Counted from the stretch's first letter, positions 29,849 to 40,190 are shown. The stretch: 64,000 nucleotides of DNA from an uncultured delta proteobacterium (GCA_963771465.1 CAVYTU010000014.1:128001-192000); one strand, 5' to 3'. Numbers and translations are program-made. The notes: generated by a model not told the origin, from the sequence alone.

Positions 29849-31975
29849 TTGATCGACGCCTACTTCGACGCCGCGGCTAAGCTCTTCACGCTCTGGCCGA
29901 TGTTCGCGCTCCTCCTCGGCGTCACCATCGGACTAGTCAACGGCGCCTTGCCGGCCGGCGGCAGCATCCCGCTGTTGATCATCTTGATGGGTTTTGCCTA
30001 CGGCATGGACCCCGCCGTCGCTATTCCATTGGTGATCGGCGCCATGGCGGTGAACGGCACCACGGATCCGATACCGTGCATCCTGCTGGGAATTCCCGGA
30101 TCGGCCTCAGCCCAAGCGACCGTCCTCGACGGCCACCCGTTGGCCCAGCAAGGGCGCGCGGGCTACGCATTGAGCGTGGCTTACACCAGCTCTCTGATCG
30201 GCGGTTTGATCGGCGCCGTCGCCTTAGCGTTGTTCGTGCCGGTGGCACGGAGTTTTCTAACCTTGTTCGGCTCGGTAGAGTTTTTTGCTTTAGCTCTGAT
30301 CGGAATCGCCATCGTCGGCGTGGTCAGCACCGGCGCGATGATCAAAGGACTTCTCGGCGCCGCCTTCGGTCTGGCCATCGCGTTGATCGGCGTCGACCCG
30401 ATTACCGGTACCGAGCGCTTGGTCGCGGTGGAATATCTTTGGGAAGGAATTCCGCTGGTGCCAGCGATTGTCGGCTTATTTGCCATCCCGGAGATTCTCG
30501 ATCTTGTGGTCAGCGATCGACCGATCGCGCGTAAAGCGCTGGATCTGGAAAAGGTGCAAGCCGACATTCGTAGCCAGCGCGGCGAGGGCATTCGCGAGAC
30601 CTTTCGCCACAAGTTTTTAGTATTGCGCGCCTCGCTGATCGGTCTGTTTGTCGGCATGATGCCTGGCGTCGGCGGTTCGGTGGCACATTGGCTCGCCTAC
30701 GCGCAGGCGCGCCAAACCGAGAAAGGCGCGTTCAAGACTTTCGGCACCGGCGACATCAGAGGCGTGATCGCGCCGGAAAGCGCGAACAATTCAATCGACG
30801 CCGGGGTCCTCATGCCGACGGTGGCTTTTGGCATCCCGGGCAGCGGCCAGATGTCGATCTTTCTTGGTTTTCTCATCCTGCTCGGATTGCAGCCCGGACC
30901 GGCGATGTTGAACCAGCATTTGCATCTGACTTTGCTGATGGCATGGTCGTTGGCGGTCGCCAACGTGATTGCCACGGTGGTAGCGCTCTACTACACGCCG
31001 CAACTGGCGCGCATCGCCGCGATGAATCCCAACGTGCTGGCGCCGATCGTTTTGGCAATGTTGTTTCTCTCGGGATTTCAGAGCAATCGCTCCATGGGCG
31101 ATCTCGTCTTGATGTGTCTGTTGTTCGCCGTCGGCTGGTTCATGAAGCGTTACGGTTGGCCCCGTGTGCCGATCATCCTCGGCTTGGTTCTCGCCGAGCC
31201 GCTGGAGAAATATATGTGGCTCTCGCTTAATACCTATGGTGTAACGATGCTCGCCCGACCCCAGGTTTGGATCATTTCCGCTCTCGCGCTGTCATCATTG
31301 TTGTTATCATTACGCGCCCAGCGCGCCACCCGAAGCATCGACATTGCTAGCTCGGTGACTTCAGAAAATGAGCGCTCAACCCCCGAGCCTCGTCAAGGAG
31401 ACAATAGTTACGATGCGCCGGCATCGGGCGTACTTCGCCGCGACGCTTTGAAAGCGAAAAGAATCTCGCTCACGACCACTCTCGAGTCGCTTTTCCTGGC
31501 AGCTAATTTTGCTCTGTTTATCTATTTCATCGTCGCAGCGCGAAACTGGCCGCTTTCGGCGGCGCTGCTGCCGCGCCTGGTTGGCGCCGCCGGCTTGGTT
31601 CTTCTCGCCTGCTTTCTCATCCAGAAAGCCGTAGGCACAGCGCGCGGCGTAACCGAAGGTGGCATCCTCGATATCGGCTTTCGGGATTCTGATCTCACCC
31701 ACGATGAAATCACTCGGCGAATTCTCCGCGTCGTGGGATCGATGGCTGCCCTGCTCGCCGGCGTTTGGCTAGTTGGGTTTCATATAACGATCCCGCTCTA
31801 TTTGTTGGTTTACTGCACGGTGTTCGGCGCCATGCAGTGGCGCAACGCATTTCTGATCGCAGCCGGTTTTGAAGTTTTCATCGTCGGCGTTTACGATATG
31901 CTGGTTCATGTAATTTGGAACGAACCACTCCTGTTGAAACTCGCCGCGGTTGTAGAGCTGCCGATGTTCCGTTAA
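29849..31975 (+). CDS. tctA: Tripartite tricarboxylate transporter permease TctA with fused C-terminal TctB-like domain
   Basis: GIPGSASAQATVLDGHPLAQQG, GVIAPESANN and AFGIPG motifs; about 200 extra aa with TM helices after a polar linker. Confidence 0.85.
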   Translation: MIDAYFDAAAKLFTLWPMFALLLGVTIGLVNGALPAGGSIPLLIILMGFAYGMDPAVAIPLVIGAMAVNGTTDPIPCILLGIPGSASAQATVLDGHPLAQQGRAGYALSVAYTSSLIGGLIGAVALALFVPVARSFLTLFGSVEFFALALIGIAIVGVVSTGAMIKGLLGAAFGLAIALIGVDPITGTERLVAVEYLWEGIPLVPAIVGLFAIPEILDLVVSDRPIARKALDLEKVQADIRSQRGEGIRETFRHKFLVLRASLIGLFVGMMPGVGGSVAHWLAYAQARQTEKGAFKTFGTGDIRGVIAPESANNSIDAGVLMPTVAFGIPGSGQMSIFLGFLILLGLQPGPAMLNQHLHLTLLMAWSLAVANVIATVVALYYTPQLARIAAMNPNVLAPIVLAMLFLSGFQSNRSMGDLVLMCLLFAVGWFMKRYGWPRVPIILGLVLAEPLEKYMWLSLNTYGVTMLARPQVWIISALALSSLLLSLRAQRATRSIDIASSVTSENERSTPEPRQGDNSYDAPASGVLRRDALKAKRISLTTTLESLFLAANFALFIYFIVAARNWPLSAALLPRLVGAAGLVLLACFLIQKAVGTARGVTEGGILDIGFRDSDLTHDEITRRILRVVGSMAALLAGVWLVGFHITIPLYLLVYCTVFGAMQWRNAFLIAAGFEVFIVGVYDMLVHVIWNEPLLLKLAAVVELPMFR

Positions 31976-31986
31976 TGGGAGAAACT

Positions 31987-33202
31987 ATGGCGACGACAAA
32001 TGACAGAATTCTTAATTTCGGCATCGTTGGTTTGGGGCGCGCGGCAACCTCTATGCTGCCGAGTCTGGTCAACCATCCGCAAGTTAAATTGATTGCCGCC
32101 GCCGATTTGCGCGCCGAGGCGCTGGAAAAGTTCCGCGGCGAATTTGACGCCGAGGTCTACCGCGACGCCGAGGAGCTTTTTCGCAATCAGAACATCGACG
32201 CCGTCTACATTGCCACACCGCACCAATGCCATGCCGAACATGTCATCATGGCGGCGACCTACGGCAAACACGCCATCGTCGAGAAGCCCATGGCGCTCAC
32301 GCTCGCAGACTGCGATAACATGATCGCGGCCGTCGACCGCGCCGGCATCCGGCTTGTGGTCGGCCATACTCACTCCTTCGATCCCCCGATATTAAAAATT
32401 CGCGAGATCGTCCGCAACGGCGAATTGGGCGGCTTCAAGATGATGCACACCTGGCGCTTTACCAACTTTCTCTACCGACCGCGCCGCCCCGAAGAGCTGG
32501 ACACTAGTCTCGGCGGCGGCATTTTGTTCAATCAGGTGCCGCACCAGATCGACATGATCCGTTGGATCGGCGGCGGTCGAGTGCGTAGCGTGCGCTCGAT
32601 GACCGGAGTTTGGGACTCATCGCGCCCAACCGAAGGCGCCCACGCAACTTTCTTGGAATTTGTCGACGGCGCCGCCGCGACCCTCGTTTATAATGCCTAC
32701 GATCACTTCGACAGCGATGAATTGACCGGTTGGATCGGCGAGGGCGGCGAGCGCAAGCGACCCGATCGACAAGGCGAAGCGCGCCGCACTGCTAAGGGAA
32801 GCAAAGAATTCCGCCGACGAAGCGAACCTCAAAGCCGCCACCGGATACGGTGGGCGCCAACAGCGCCGGGCCGCTGTTGGCGCTGTTGAACGCGAGCGTT
32901 ACCATCCTCATTTCGGCGTCACGCTAGTGAGCTGTGAACACGGCGACCTTCGCCCACAGCCCAACGGCGTGTTCATTTACGATGATCATGGCAAGAGAGA
33001 AATTCCGGTGCCCTTGGGTCGAGCCGTGCCGGACAAAGGGAAAGTCGTCGATGAATTGTACGACGCGGTCGTCAACGACCGTCCCGTCCGTCATAACGGC
33101 CGCTGGGGTAAGGCAACGCTAGAAGCTTGCCTGGCGATTCAACAATCGGCCCGCGAGCGAAGAGAAATCATACTATCGCACCAAGTGCCGACCGGGGATT
33201 GA
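31987..33202 (+). CDS. Gfo/Idh/MocA oxidoreductase, phthalate cis-dihydrodiol dehydrogenase-like (frameshift ~32785)
   Basis: GIVGLG, ATPHQCH, VEKPMA and FLYRPRRPEELDT..GGG...NQVPHQID motifs; C-terminus SCEHGDLRP...WGKATLEAC in the shifted frame. Confidence 0.85.
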
Positions 33203-33263
33203 GCGACGCGAATGGAATTGCTGCGCCAAGCGCCCGCGATGTTGTGACCATTGTGGATCGACT

Positions 33264-33461
33264 GAAAGCCTCGCTGAATTCTACCGCACCTACGGCCAGA
33301 AACATTTGCAGAAAACGATCACCGCCGACCTGGATGGCGTCCGGCAACTATTGCGAACTCTGGGGAAAGAAGCCGCCGGCGCAAATGCCAGTCAATTCGT
33401 CGATCCGTCGTTGGTGCAGGAATTGGAGAAGGAAGGTTTGTTTCAGAGAAGAACCCGCTGA
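33264..33461 (+). pseudogene. Copy 3: orphan 3'-end fragment of the same SBP family allele
   Basis: Translates in frame to ESLAEFYRTYGQKHLQKTITADLDGVRQLLRTLGKEAAGANASQFVDPSLVQELEKEGLFQRRTR*; the 5' part of the gene is missing. Confidence 0.85.
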
Positions 33462-33489
33462 CAATCAAGCTGGCGCGAGCGCGCCGACG

Positions 33490-33784
33490 TTATTCGCCAC
33501 CCTTTTTATTCTCAGGTTGGCTCGATTGAACTATCGAACCGCATTCGGGACATTGGAAACGGTCCTGGAGATATGCCTCAAAGCGAAGACCGGTATCCTG
33601 GCCAAAATATGGCGCGTGGCAGGTAATGAGTTGTCCGGTGAAGCTTATATCCTCAAGCAGTCCGCACTGTCGGCATTCAAGCAGTTCGCGATCATCCATG
33701 AACAATTCAAGATCTGACCGCCTTTGCCCGCAATGCGACAATGCGCGAGGCAATTTGGCGAATGTTGTACTGTATATGACTCAT
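33490..33784 (-). CDS. Small zinc-ribbon hypothetical protein (probable frameshift ~33718)
   Basis: MSHIQYNIRQIASRIVALRAKA joins, after removing one base, to DLELFMDDRELLECRQCG...FQCPECG (two CxxC). Confidence 0.5.
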
Positions 33785-33906
33785 TTCACGTTTGGCTATA
33801 GTGCGTTTGCAGCAGACGTTGCAAGAGATTCGGCTACTCACAACTAGTTTCTACCTTCCACGATATCGAGCAACCGTTTCTTGGACAGCATGCCGTTGAG
33901 CGACAC

Positions 33907-34455
33907 TTACGCATCTACTCGTCCCATTTCCTTTCCGTCGTTGCACTTCCACTCGGCGAAGTGTCCCAATAACTGGTGAACGATCGTAGCGGTCGAAAGC
34001 GTTGGGCCACAAATTTGATAGTCTCCTCCCTGCGCTTTGATCAAAGTATTCAGGGCCGGATTTCGTCCGGATTCCATTCCCGCCGAGATGAAGTTTGATG
34101 GCACCAAGTATAATCCACGCCACACCCGAGCGATGAGTCCCGCTTTGCCAGTCCGCTGAGTAGCTTCCGCTCCTGTATTGCAGATAACTGTAGCGGCTTG
34201 GTAAGTTGACCAGTTCGTACTGTATGCAAGCCCCGCGGCGAAGCCAGAACCATGAAAAAGATCCCAGCTCGTATTGCGAAGACTGTCTTCGGTTTTGCTG
34301 CTGGGGATCAAAGCGCAATAAAATCCTAGGCTGTGATCTTTTTCGCTCGAACTCGAATAGACAGTAAAAAATTCAGTTATGCTAAAATCTCTTCTGATTT
34401 CAGCAAGCACTTTCGTCTGTGATAGACGCTCCAGTTCGACCTTAATAGGACTAAT
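33907..34455 (-). pseudogene. Decayed AT-richer hypothetical gene fragment(s)
   Basis: The 167-aa frame 33907..34410 extends upstream without a start codon; composition differs from the flanks. Confidence 0.35.
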
Positions 34456-34595
34456 AGTGGAATTTCTCCGCTCATCAGCCTAGGCAAAAGCAAGTCACGC
34501 ACAGCGCGGAGTTTATCGTTTTGGGCGCCTAGGTTGTCTTTCTGTGCAAACAATGGACTCACAAACTCATCAAAAATTGAAATCAACTTCTTCAG
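34455..34595 (-). pseudogene. hsdS: Type I restriction-modification specificity subunit (HsdS) C-terminal remnant
   Basis: FDEFVSPLF...QNDKLRAVRDLLLPRLMSGEI is the characteristic HsdS C-terminal helix; the rest of the gene is missing. Confidence 0.75.
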
Positions 34596-34769
34596 GAAAC
34601 GAGAATCTCTAACCGATGTACTGCCTTTCGATCAAGGCTCGGAACTGACACGTCGCCATTGTACTGCTTAAGATCCATTTCGCTGAGTATTCGAGTGTTG
34701 GCTATTTAGCGCGGATCTTACGCGATGGCACGGCAAGCTGACAAGAGCGAGACTACAAGCACAACAAAC

Positions 34770-34803
34770 AAAAAACGGGGCGCGATGAATCGCGCCCCGT
34801 TTT
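34770..34803. terminator. Intrinsic terminator after etfA (possibly bidirectional)
   Basis: AAAAAACGGGGCGCGAT-GA-ATCGCGCCCCGTTTT perfect hairpin flanked by A/T tracts. Confidence 0.85.
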
Positions 34804-34837
34804 ACTTTGAGTCTTTTACTACAGTTGAATGCCGAAC

Positions 34838-35806
34838 CTATGCGCCTTTGCGCTTCTTCAATTCTTCGATCAACTGCGGCACGACTTTGAAGAGGTCGCC
34901 GACCACGCCGAAGTCGGAGTATTGAAAGATCGGGGCTTCGGCGTCTTTGTTGATGGTGATGATGTATTTGGAAGTCTTCATGCCGGAGAGATGTTGCACG
35001 GCGCCGGAGATGCCGACGGCGAAATAAATATCCGGTTTTACGGTTTTGCCGGTCTGGCCGACCTGCATGGCGTAGGGCACCCAACCGGCATCGACCGCGG
35101 CGCGACTGGCGCCGACGGCGCCGCTGAGCACATCGGCGAGCTCTTTGAGCATGTTGAATTGCTCTTCGCCCTTGAGGCCGCGGCCGCCGGAGACGACGAT
35201 TTTGGCACCTTCGAGCGATGGCCCTTCGCGTTTGACGACGACGCGCTCTTTCAGGTGCACTTTGCGCAGGCCGTTGTCTGGCGGTGCGGCAACTTCTTCA
35301 AGCGCCAGCGGCTGTTCGTTGAGCTTGGGGTCGAAAGATTTCGGCCGCACGACGAGAAGCTTGGTTCCAGCATGGAGCAGCGTGCTGGTGTTTTGATAAC
35401 TCGCACCGAGCGCAGGAATGGTCGCTTCGACGCTGCCGTCTTTCAATTGGAAATCGCCGACGTCGGTGATCGCGCCGCAGTCGAGCCGCGCGCTCAAATT
35501 GGCGACCAGGTCGCGGCCCGAGTAACTCGACGCAAACAGCATCACCGCCGGTTGGTGTTTCTCAATCAAGCCGGCAACCGTTTCGGCAGCTGGTAAAGTG
35601 AGAAAATCTTTGTACGCCGCATCGGCCGAGCGGTAGATTTTGCTCGCGCCATGGTTGGCAAGCATCTGCGCCGCATCGTCCGGCGCGGGACCGAGCAAAA
35701 TGGCTTCGGCTTTGCCGACTTCCGCCGCCTTGGTGAGCATCTCCAAGCTGGTGGCGGTAATCCGATCGTCGTTAACTTCTGCGTATACCCAGATAGTGTC
35801 CGCCAC
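34838..35806 (-). CDS. etfA: Electron transfer flavoprotein alpha subunit
   Basis: [25 protein letters not shown] and [12 protein letters not shown] motifs. Confidence 0.96.
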   Translation of the reverse strand: MADTIWVYAEVNDDRITATSLEMLTKAAEVGKAEAILLGPAPDDAAQMLANHGASKIYRSADAAYKDFLTLPAAETVAGLIEKHQPAVMLFASSYSGRDLVANLSARLDCGAITDVGDFQLKDGSVEATIPALGASYQNTSTLLHAGTKLLVVRPKSFDPKLNEQPLALEEVAAPPDNGLRKVHLKERVVVKREGPSLEGAKIVVSGGRGLKGEEQFNMLKELADVLSGAVGASRAAVDAGWVPYAMQVGQTGKTVKPDIYFAVGISGAVQHLSGMKTSKYIITINKDAEAPIFQYSDFGVVGDLFKVVPQLIEELKKRKGA

Positions 35807-36586
35807 TTAGATCACCTTGATTTCAGCAAGAAAGTCCGCGATCTGCTTGCCGCCTTCCCCTTCGTCGGTCACTACCTTGCCGGCTTCGCGCTTGGCCGGC
35901 CGGCCGATGGTCAAAACTTTCTCGCGTGCGCCCTTTTCACCGACTTGATCCGGCGCGAAACCGAGATCCGCCGCGGTATAAACTTTGATCTCTTTTTTCT
36001 TCGCGCCCATGATGCCTTTGAGTTGCGGGTAGCGCGGCTCATTGATGCCGCTACTGCACGCCACCAGCGCCGGCAGTGTGGACTCGACGACATCGTAACC
36101 GGTTTCACTTTGTCGCTTGATGGCGACTTTATCGCCGTCGACGGTAATTTCTTTGGCAAACGTCAGTGGCGGGATACCCAACAGCTGGGCGATTTGACCG
36201 TGGACAATGCCGGAATAGCTGTCGCCGCTTTCGGTGGCGCATAACACGATATCGAATGGCTGCTTCTTGATCGCCGCGGCCAATAGCTTCGCGGTAGCCA
36301 GGGTATCGGAACCGGCGACGGCATCGTCGAAAATGTGTACCGCCGAGGTCGCGCCCATGGCCAGCGCGTTACGAATTCCTATAGTCGCGTCGCTGGTGCC
36401 CATCGTGATGAGCGTGAGCGTGCCGCCGTTTTTCTCCACGAGCCGCAGCCCTTCTTCCACGGCGCTCGCCGCCATGGGATCGAGCTCATGGGGCACACCC
36501 TTGCGCACCATGCGTTTGCTGTTGGCGTCGATCTCGATAATGACCGTGCTGGCGGGAATGACTTTGCCGCATACGACAACGTTCAA
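35807..36586 (-). CDS. etfB: Electron transfer flavoprotein beta subunit
   Basis: VVCGKVIP, ALAMGA, GSDTLATA and NEPRYP motifs; directly upstream of etfA. Confidence 0.95.
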   Translation of the reverse strand: MNVVVCGKVIPASTVIIEIDANSKRMVRKGVPHELDPMAASAVEEGLRLVEKNGGTLTLITMGTSDATIGIRNALAMGATSAVHIFDDAVAGSDTLATAKLLAAAIKKQPFDIVLCATESGDSYSGIVHGQIAQLLGIPPLTFAKEITVDGDKVAIKRQSETGYDVVESTLPALVACSSGINEPRYPQLKGIMGAKKKEIKVYTAADLGFAPDQVGEKGAREKVLTIGRPAKREAGKVVTDEGEGGKQIADFLAEIKVI

Positions 36587-36704
36587 GGTTTCACTCTCCC
36601 GTGCATGAAATTACCTGTTATCAATACGACAAAGGCGCCCTTGGGACAAGGCGCCTCTGGTCGCGAGACTGATTTGATTCGGTTAAATTTTGCTAATCAG
36701 CGGC

Positions 36705-36896
36705 TCAGGAAAGCCACTGCTTCACATCGCCTTCCATAACCACGTCGAGGATTTCCTTGCAGTCGGCGATCGCTTGGTCGACGATTTTCGGATCGTCCTT
36801 CAAATGCGGTATGCCGGCGCCCACCGCTTTCTTCAAGCCCTGAATGAATTCTTTGAACTGCTGATCCAATGCTTCGGTATTCGGTGCTGGTTCCAT
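36705..36896 (-). CDS. Small hypothetical helical protein (63 aa)
   Basis: SD AAGGAG before ATG 36896; MEPAPNTEALDQQFKEFIQGLKKAV...; followed by a GC hairpin at 36633-36657. Confidence 0.6.
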   Translation of the reverse strand: MEPAPNTEALDQQFKEFIQGLKKAVGAGIPHLKDDPKIVDQAIADCKEILDVVMEGDVKQWLS

Positions 36897-36958
36897 GGCA
36901 CTCCTTGCGCATCGTGGTTTCGCTTCTTGAAATACGGGCGAAACCAAAAACGGATTGG

Positions 36959-37681
36959 TTATGTGTAAAGCCGTCCCTTGTTGGGATCGGGGAGCGTGAG
37001 CCCCATCTTCAAGATCAAGGCATCGATTTCGTCTTTGTACTGTTGGCGCGCTTCTGAATTTGACCGCCGTTTGAGACCCCAATGCATGTAGCGCTCGGAA
37101 CGGTACGACTTGCTATTGCCGAACATGTCGAGTCCCTTAACGTACCAATAATTCACCGCTCTTTGCACTCTTTCCTTGAACTCCCCGCCTTTGGCGGCAA
37201 AATCAGCCGACGCGTTGGTGCCGAAGTCGAGGTGACCTTCTTCTTCACGGATGATGTCAGGGTCTTCGACCACGCGGGCAAGGGGCACATAGGTACAGTC
37301 GAGAAACTCCTCGAGTTGGAACCGGCCGACGCGATCGATCAAGAAACCGAAGACAGCGTAATCTTCCCAAGTTTTAATCTCGCCGCGAAACGCTTCCACG
37401 TAGCGTTCCTGGTTGGGCCGGCTGAGCGTGTAGGAAACATCGACGCCAACATCACCGGCCAAACGGGCCATTTTACGGAAATGATCCATCTCTTCAGCCG
37501 CCGTGCGGGCGACGATTAACTGATCCAACTTGGTGGGCGCCGACGGTAGGATATGCTTTACATAAAGATTCGGGCCGCCGATCTCACAATCCGCCTGGAT
37601 CGCCAACACCCGGCGAATCAAATCTTGGTATTCCGGATCCTGCTTTTCAAAATCTTTAAGTTCGACCTTGTCGGTAAACAT
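36959..37681 (-). CDS. PaaA/PaaC/BoxB-like ferritin-fold diiron protein
   Basis: QADCE, AEEMDH, LIDRVG, REEEGH, VNYWY..GLDMFG and WGLKRRSN motifs. Confidence 0.82.
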   Translation of the reverse strand: MFTDKVELKDFEKQDPEYQDLIRRVLAIQADCEIGGPNLYVKHILPSAPTKLDQLIVARTAAEEMDHFRKMARLAGDVGVDVSYTLSRPNQERYVEAFRGEIKTWEDYAVFGFLIDRVGRFQLEEFLDCTYVPLARVVEDPDIIREEEGHLDFGTNASADFAAKGGEFKERVQRAVNYWYVKGLDMFGNSKSYRSERYMHWGLKRRSNSEARQQYKDEIDALILKMGLTLPDPNKGRLYT

Positions 37682-37835
37682 CGATGCCCTCCTGTTTGAT
37701 CCCTGATTAAGGCTAATGACTAATGAAAATTCTTAACAAAACCGCCCTGATAAATCAACCTGCGCGACTGCTGTAACCGGCTCGGTTAGCTTTCCGCTTG
37801 TCACTTGCGCGCCAGTCATTTAGCATCCGAGACCT

Positions 37836-39182
37836 ATGGCAAAAGTGGAAAACCTAACCCTGCTCACCGATCTCTACCAACTCACCATGGCACAAGCGTA
37901 CTTCCGCGAGCTGCGCATGGAACCGGCGACTTTCAGCCTGTTCATCCGCTCCTATCCCCCCAATCGCGGATATTTTGTCGCTGCCGGACTCAAGGACGTG
38001 CTCGACTACCTGCAAACCTTATCCTTCGATACCGACGCCCTCGAATACCTGGCGTCCCAAAACCTCTTCAGCGACGACTTCCTGAATTATCTCGGCGATC
38101 TCAAATTCACCGGCGATGTCTGGGCGATCCCGGAAGGCCGGATTTTTTTCGCCGACGAGCCAGTGCTGGAAATCACCGCGCCGATCATCGAAGCGCAATT
38201 GGTGGAGACTTTCGTCATCAATCAAATCCACCTGCAATCGCTGATCGCCACCAAGGCATCGCGCTGCGTCCACAGCGCGGCCGGACGGCCGGTGGTCGAC
38301 TTCGCGCTGCGGCGCACTCACGGCACCGATGCCGGCATGAAAGTCGCGCGCGCGAGCTATCTCGCCGGCTTTGCCGGAACCAGCAATGTCAAAGCCGGCC
38401 AGCAGTACGGCATTCCGCTGGTCGGCACCATGGCGCATTCTTTCGTCATGAGTTTCGAGCGCGAGATCGATGCCTTTCGCGCCTACGTTGCCAGCTTTCC
38501 GGAGCATGCGATCCTGCTCATCGATACCTACGAGACGCTCAGCGGCGCGAAGAATGCGGTTCAAGTCGCCAATGAAATGATCGCGCGCGGGCAAAACCTT
38601 ATCGCCGTGCGCATCGATAGCGGCGATCTTGCCGCGCAAGCGCGCGCCGTGCGCGCGATCTTCGACCAAGCCGATCTGCGAGAAGTAAAAATCATCGGCA
38701 GCGGCGGCTTGGACGAATTCGATTTAGCAGAATTCAGCGCAGCCAACGTGCCGTTCGACAGCTACGGCGTCGGCACCAAGATGGGCATGTCCGCGGACGC
38801 GCCGTGGACGGATATGTCGTACAAGCTGGTCGAATATCATGACCGTCCAGTGCTCAAGCGCAGCACCGGCAAGATTTCCTGGCCGGGGAGAAAACAGCTG
38901 TTTCGCTGGCATGACGGCACCGGACAGTTCGTCCGCGACGTGATCGCTCAGCGCGACGAGAAATTAAGCGGGGAAGCATTATTGAAGGAGGTCATGCAAG
39001 CGGGCAAACTTCGCGGCGACTCGCCATCGTTGATCGAGAGCAGAAAAGTCTTTGCGGAAGACTTCGCCGCACTACCCGTGAACCTAAAATTGATTCGCGA
39101 CCCAGCTCGCTACCCTGTCGAGTTCAGCGCCAAACTAAATGCGCTGCGCGAAGCCGTAATGCGAATGCTTGAGGGAAGTTGA
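37836..39182 (+). CDS. pncB: Nicotinate phosphoribosyltransferase
   Basis: LLTDLYQLTM, DFALRRTHG, GTMAHSF, LIDTY and VRIDSGD motifs. Confidence 0.95.
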   Translation: MAKVENLTLLTDLYQLTMAQAYFRELRMEPATFSLFIRSYPPNRGYFVAAGLKDVLDYLQTLSFDTDALEYLASQNLFSDDFLNYLGDLKFTGDVWAIPEGRIFFADEPVLEITAPIIEAQLVETFVINQIHLQSLIATKASRCVHSAAGRPVVDFALRRTHGTDAGMKVARASYLAGFAGTSNVKAGQQYGIPLVGTMAHSFVMSFEREIDAFRAYVASFPEHAILLIDTYETLSGAKNAVQVANEMIARGQNLIAVRIDSGDLAAQARAVRAIFDQADLREVKIIGSGGLDEFDLAEFSAANVPFDSYGVGTKMGMSADAPWTDMSYKLVEYHDRPVLKRSTGKISWPGRKQLFRWHDGTGQFVRDVIAQRDEKLSGEALLKEVMQAGKLRGDSPSLIESRKVFAEDFAALPVNLKLIRDPARYPVEFSAKLNALREAVMRMLEGS

Positions 39183-39197
39183 ATCGAAACTGCCCGG

Positions 39198-40190
39198 CTA
39201 GAACTTCACCACCGCGGCGCCCCAGGCGAAACCGGCGCCGAAAGCATTCAACAGTACGATATCGCCCGGTTTGATCCGGCCTTGGCGTTTGGCTTCGTCC
39301 AACGCAACCGGAATCGAAGCGGCCGACGTATTGCCGTACTTGTCGACATTGACCATCACGCGATCCATCGACACGCCGAGACGTTCGGCGAGCGCGACGA
39401 TGATGCGTTTGTTAGCCTGATGCGGAATCACCAATGCCACTTGATCGACGCTGACCCCCCCTTCGTCCAGGGCTTGGCGGCTGATCTCTTCCATCGAACG
39501 GACCGCGATCTTGAAAACCTCTTTACCGTTCATGGTGATGGTGTGTTCGTTATTGCGCACGGTTTCCGCTCGCGCCGGTTTGAGCGAACCGCCCGCCGGA
39601 ACATAGAGCTGCTTGACGTAAGAACCGTCGGTGCGAAGCTTCGTGCTTAAAATGCCCGAGCCGTTGTTCGACGCGCCGAGCACCACGGCGCCGGCGCCGT
39701 CGCCGAAGAGAATACAAGTGCCGCGATCCTGCCAATTGAGCATACGGCTCAACGCATCCGAGCCGACCACCAGGGCGTTGTTGACCTTGCCGCTGCGGAC
39801 ATACAAATCAGCCACCGATAACGCGTTGAGAAATCCCGCGCATGCCGCGCCGACATCGAACGAGAAAGCATGGCGCGCACCGAGCAGATCTTCCAACACG
39901 CACGCGGAGCTGGGAAAAGGATAGTCCGCGCTCACCGTTCCCATGATAATCGCTTCGAGATCTTTCGCCTCCATGCCGGCGTCCTTGAGCGCCCGCTTGG
40001 CGGCTTGATACGCCATATCGGCATTGCCTTTGCCCTCTTCCAATACGCGCCGTTCTTTGATGCCGGTGCGCACCGTGATCCATTCATCGCTGGTGTCGAC
40101 CATTTTCTCCAAGTCGCGATTGGTCACGACTTTGGACGGCAGCTCTGAACCCGTGCCGAGAATAACGCTTCGGCGCACGTGACCGCTCAT
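39198..40190 (-). CDS. fabH: 3-oxoacyl-ACP synthase III
   Basis: AACAGF, FGDGAGA, PHQAN, GNTSAAS and FGAGF motifs. Confidence 0.96.
   Translation of the reverse strand: MSGHVRRSVILGTGSELPSKVVTNRDLEKMVDTSDEWITVRTGIKERRVLEEGKGNADMAYQAAKRALKDAGMEAKDLEAIIMGTVSADYPFPSSACVLEDLLGARHAFSFDVGAACAGFLNALSVADLYVRSGKVNNALVVGSDALSRMLNWQDRGTCILFGDGAGAVVLGASNNGSGILSTKLRTDGSYVKQLYVPAGGSLKPARAETVRNNEHTITMNGKEVFKIAVRSMEEISRQALDEGGVSVDQVALVIPHQANKRIIVALAERLGVSMDRVMVNVDKYGNTSAASIPVALDEAKRQGRIKPGDIVLLNAFGAGFAWGAAVVKF

Noticed and set aside
33127-33717. 196-aa plus-strand ORF
   Set aside because: It crosses the dehydrogenase end, the SBP remnant in another frame and an antisense gene; chimeric and not protein-like.
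36693-36707. Possible Sec read-through of the 63-aa ORF's TGA
   Set aside because: Only three codons follow before TAG, there is no redox motif and no properly spaced SECIS.
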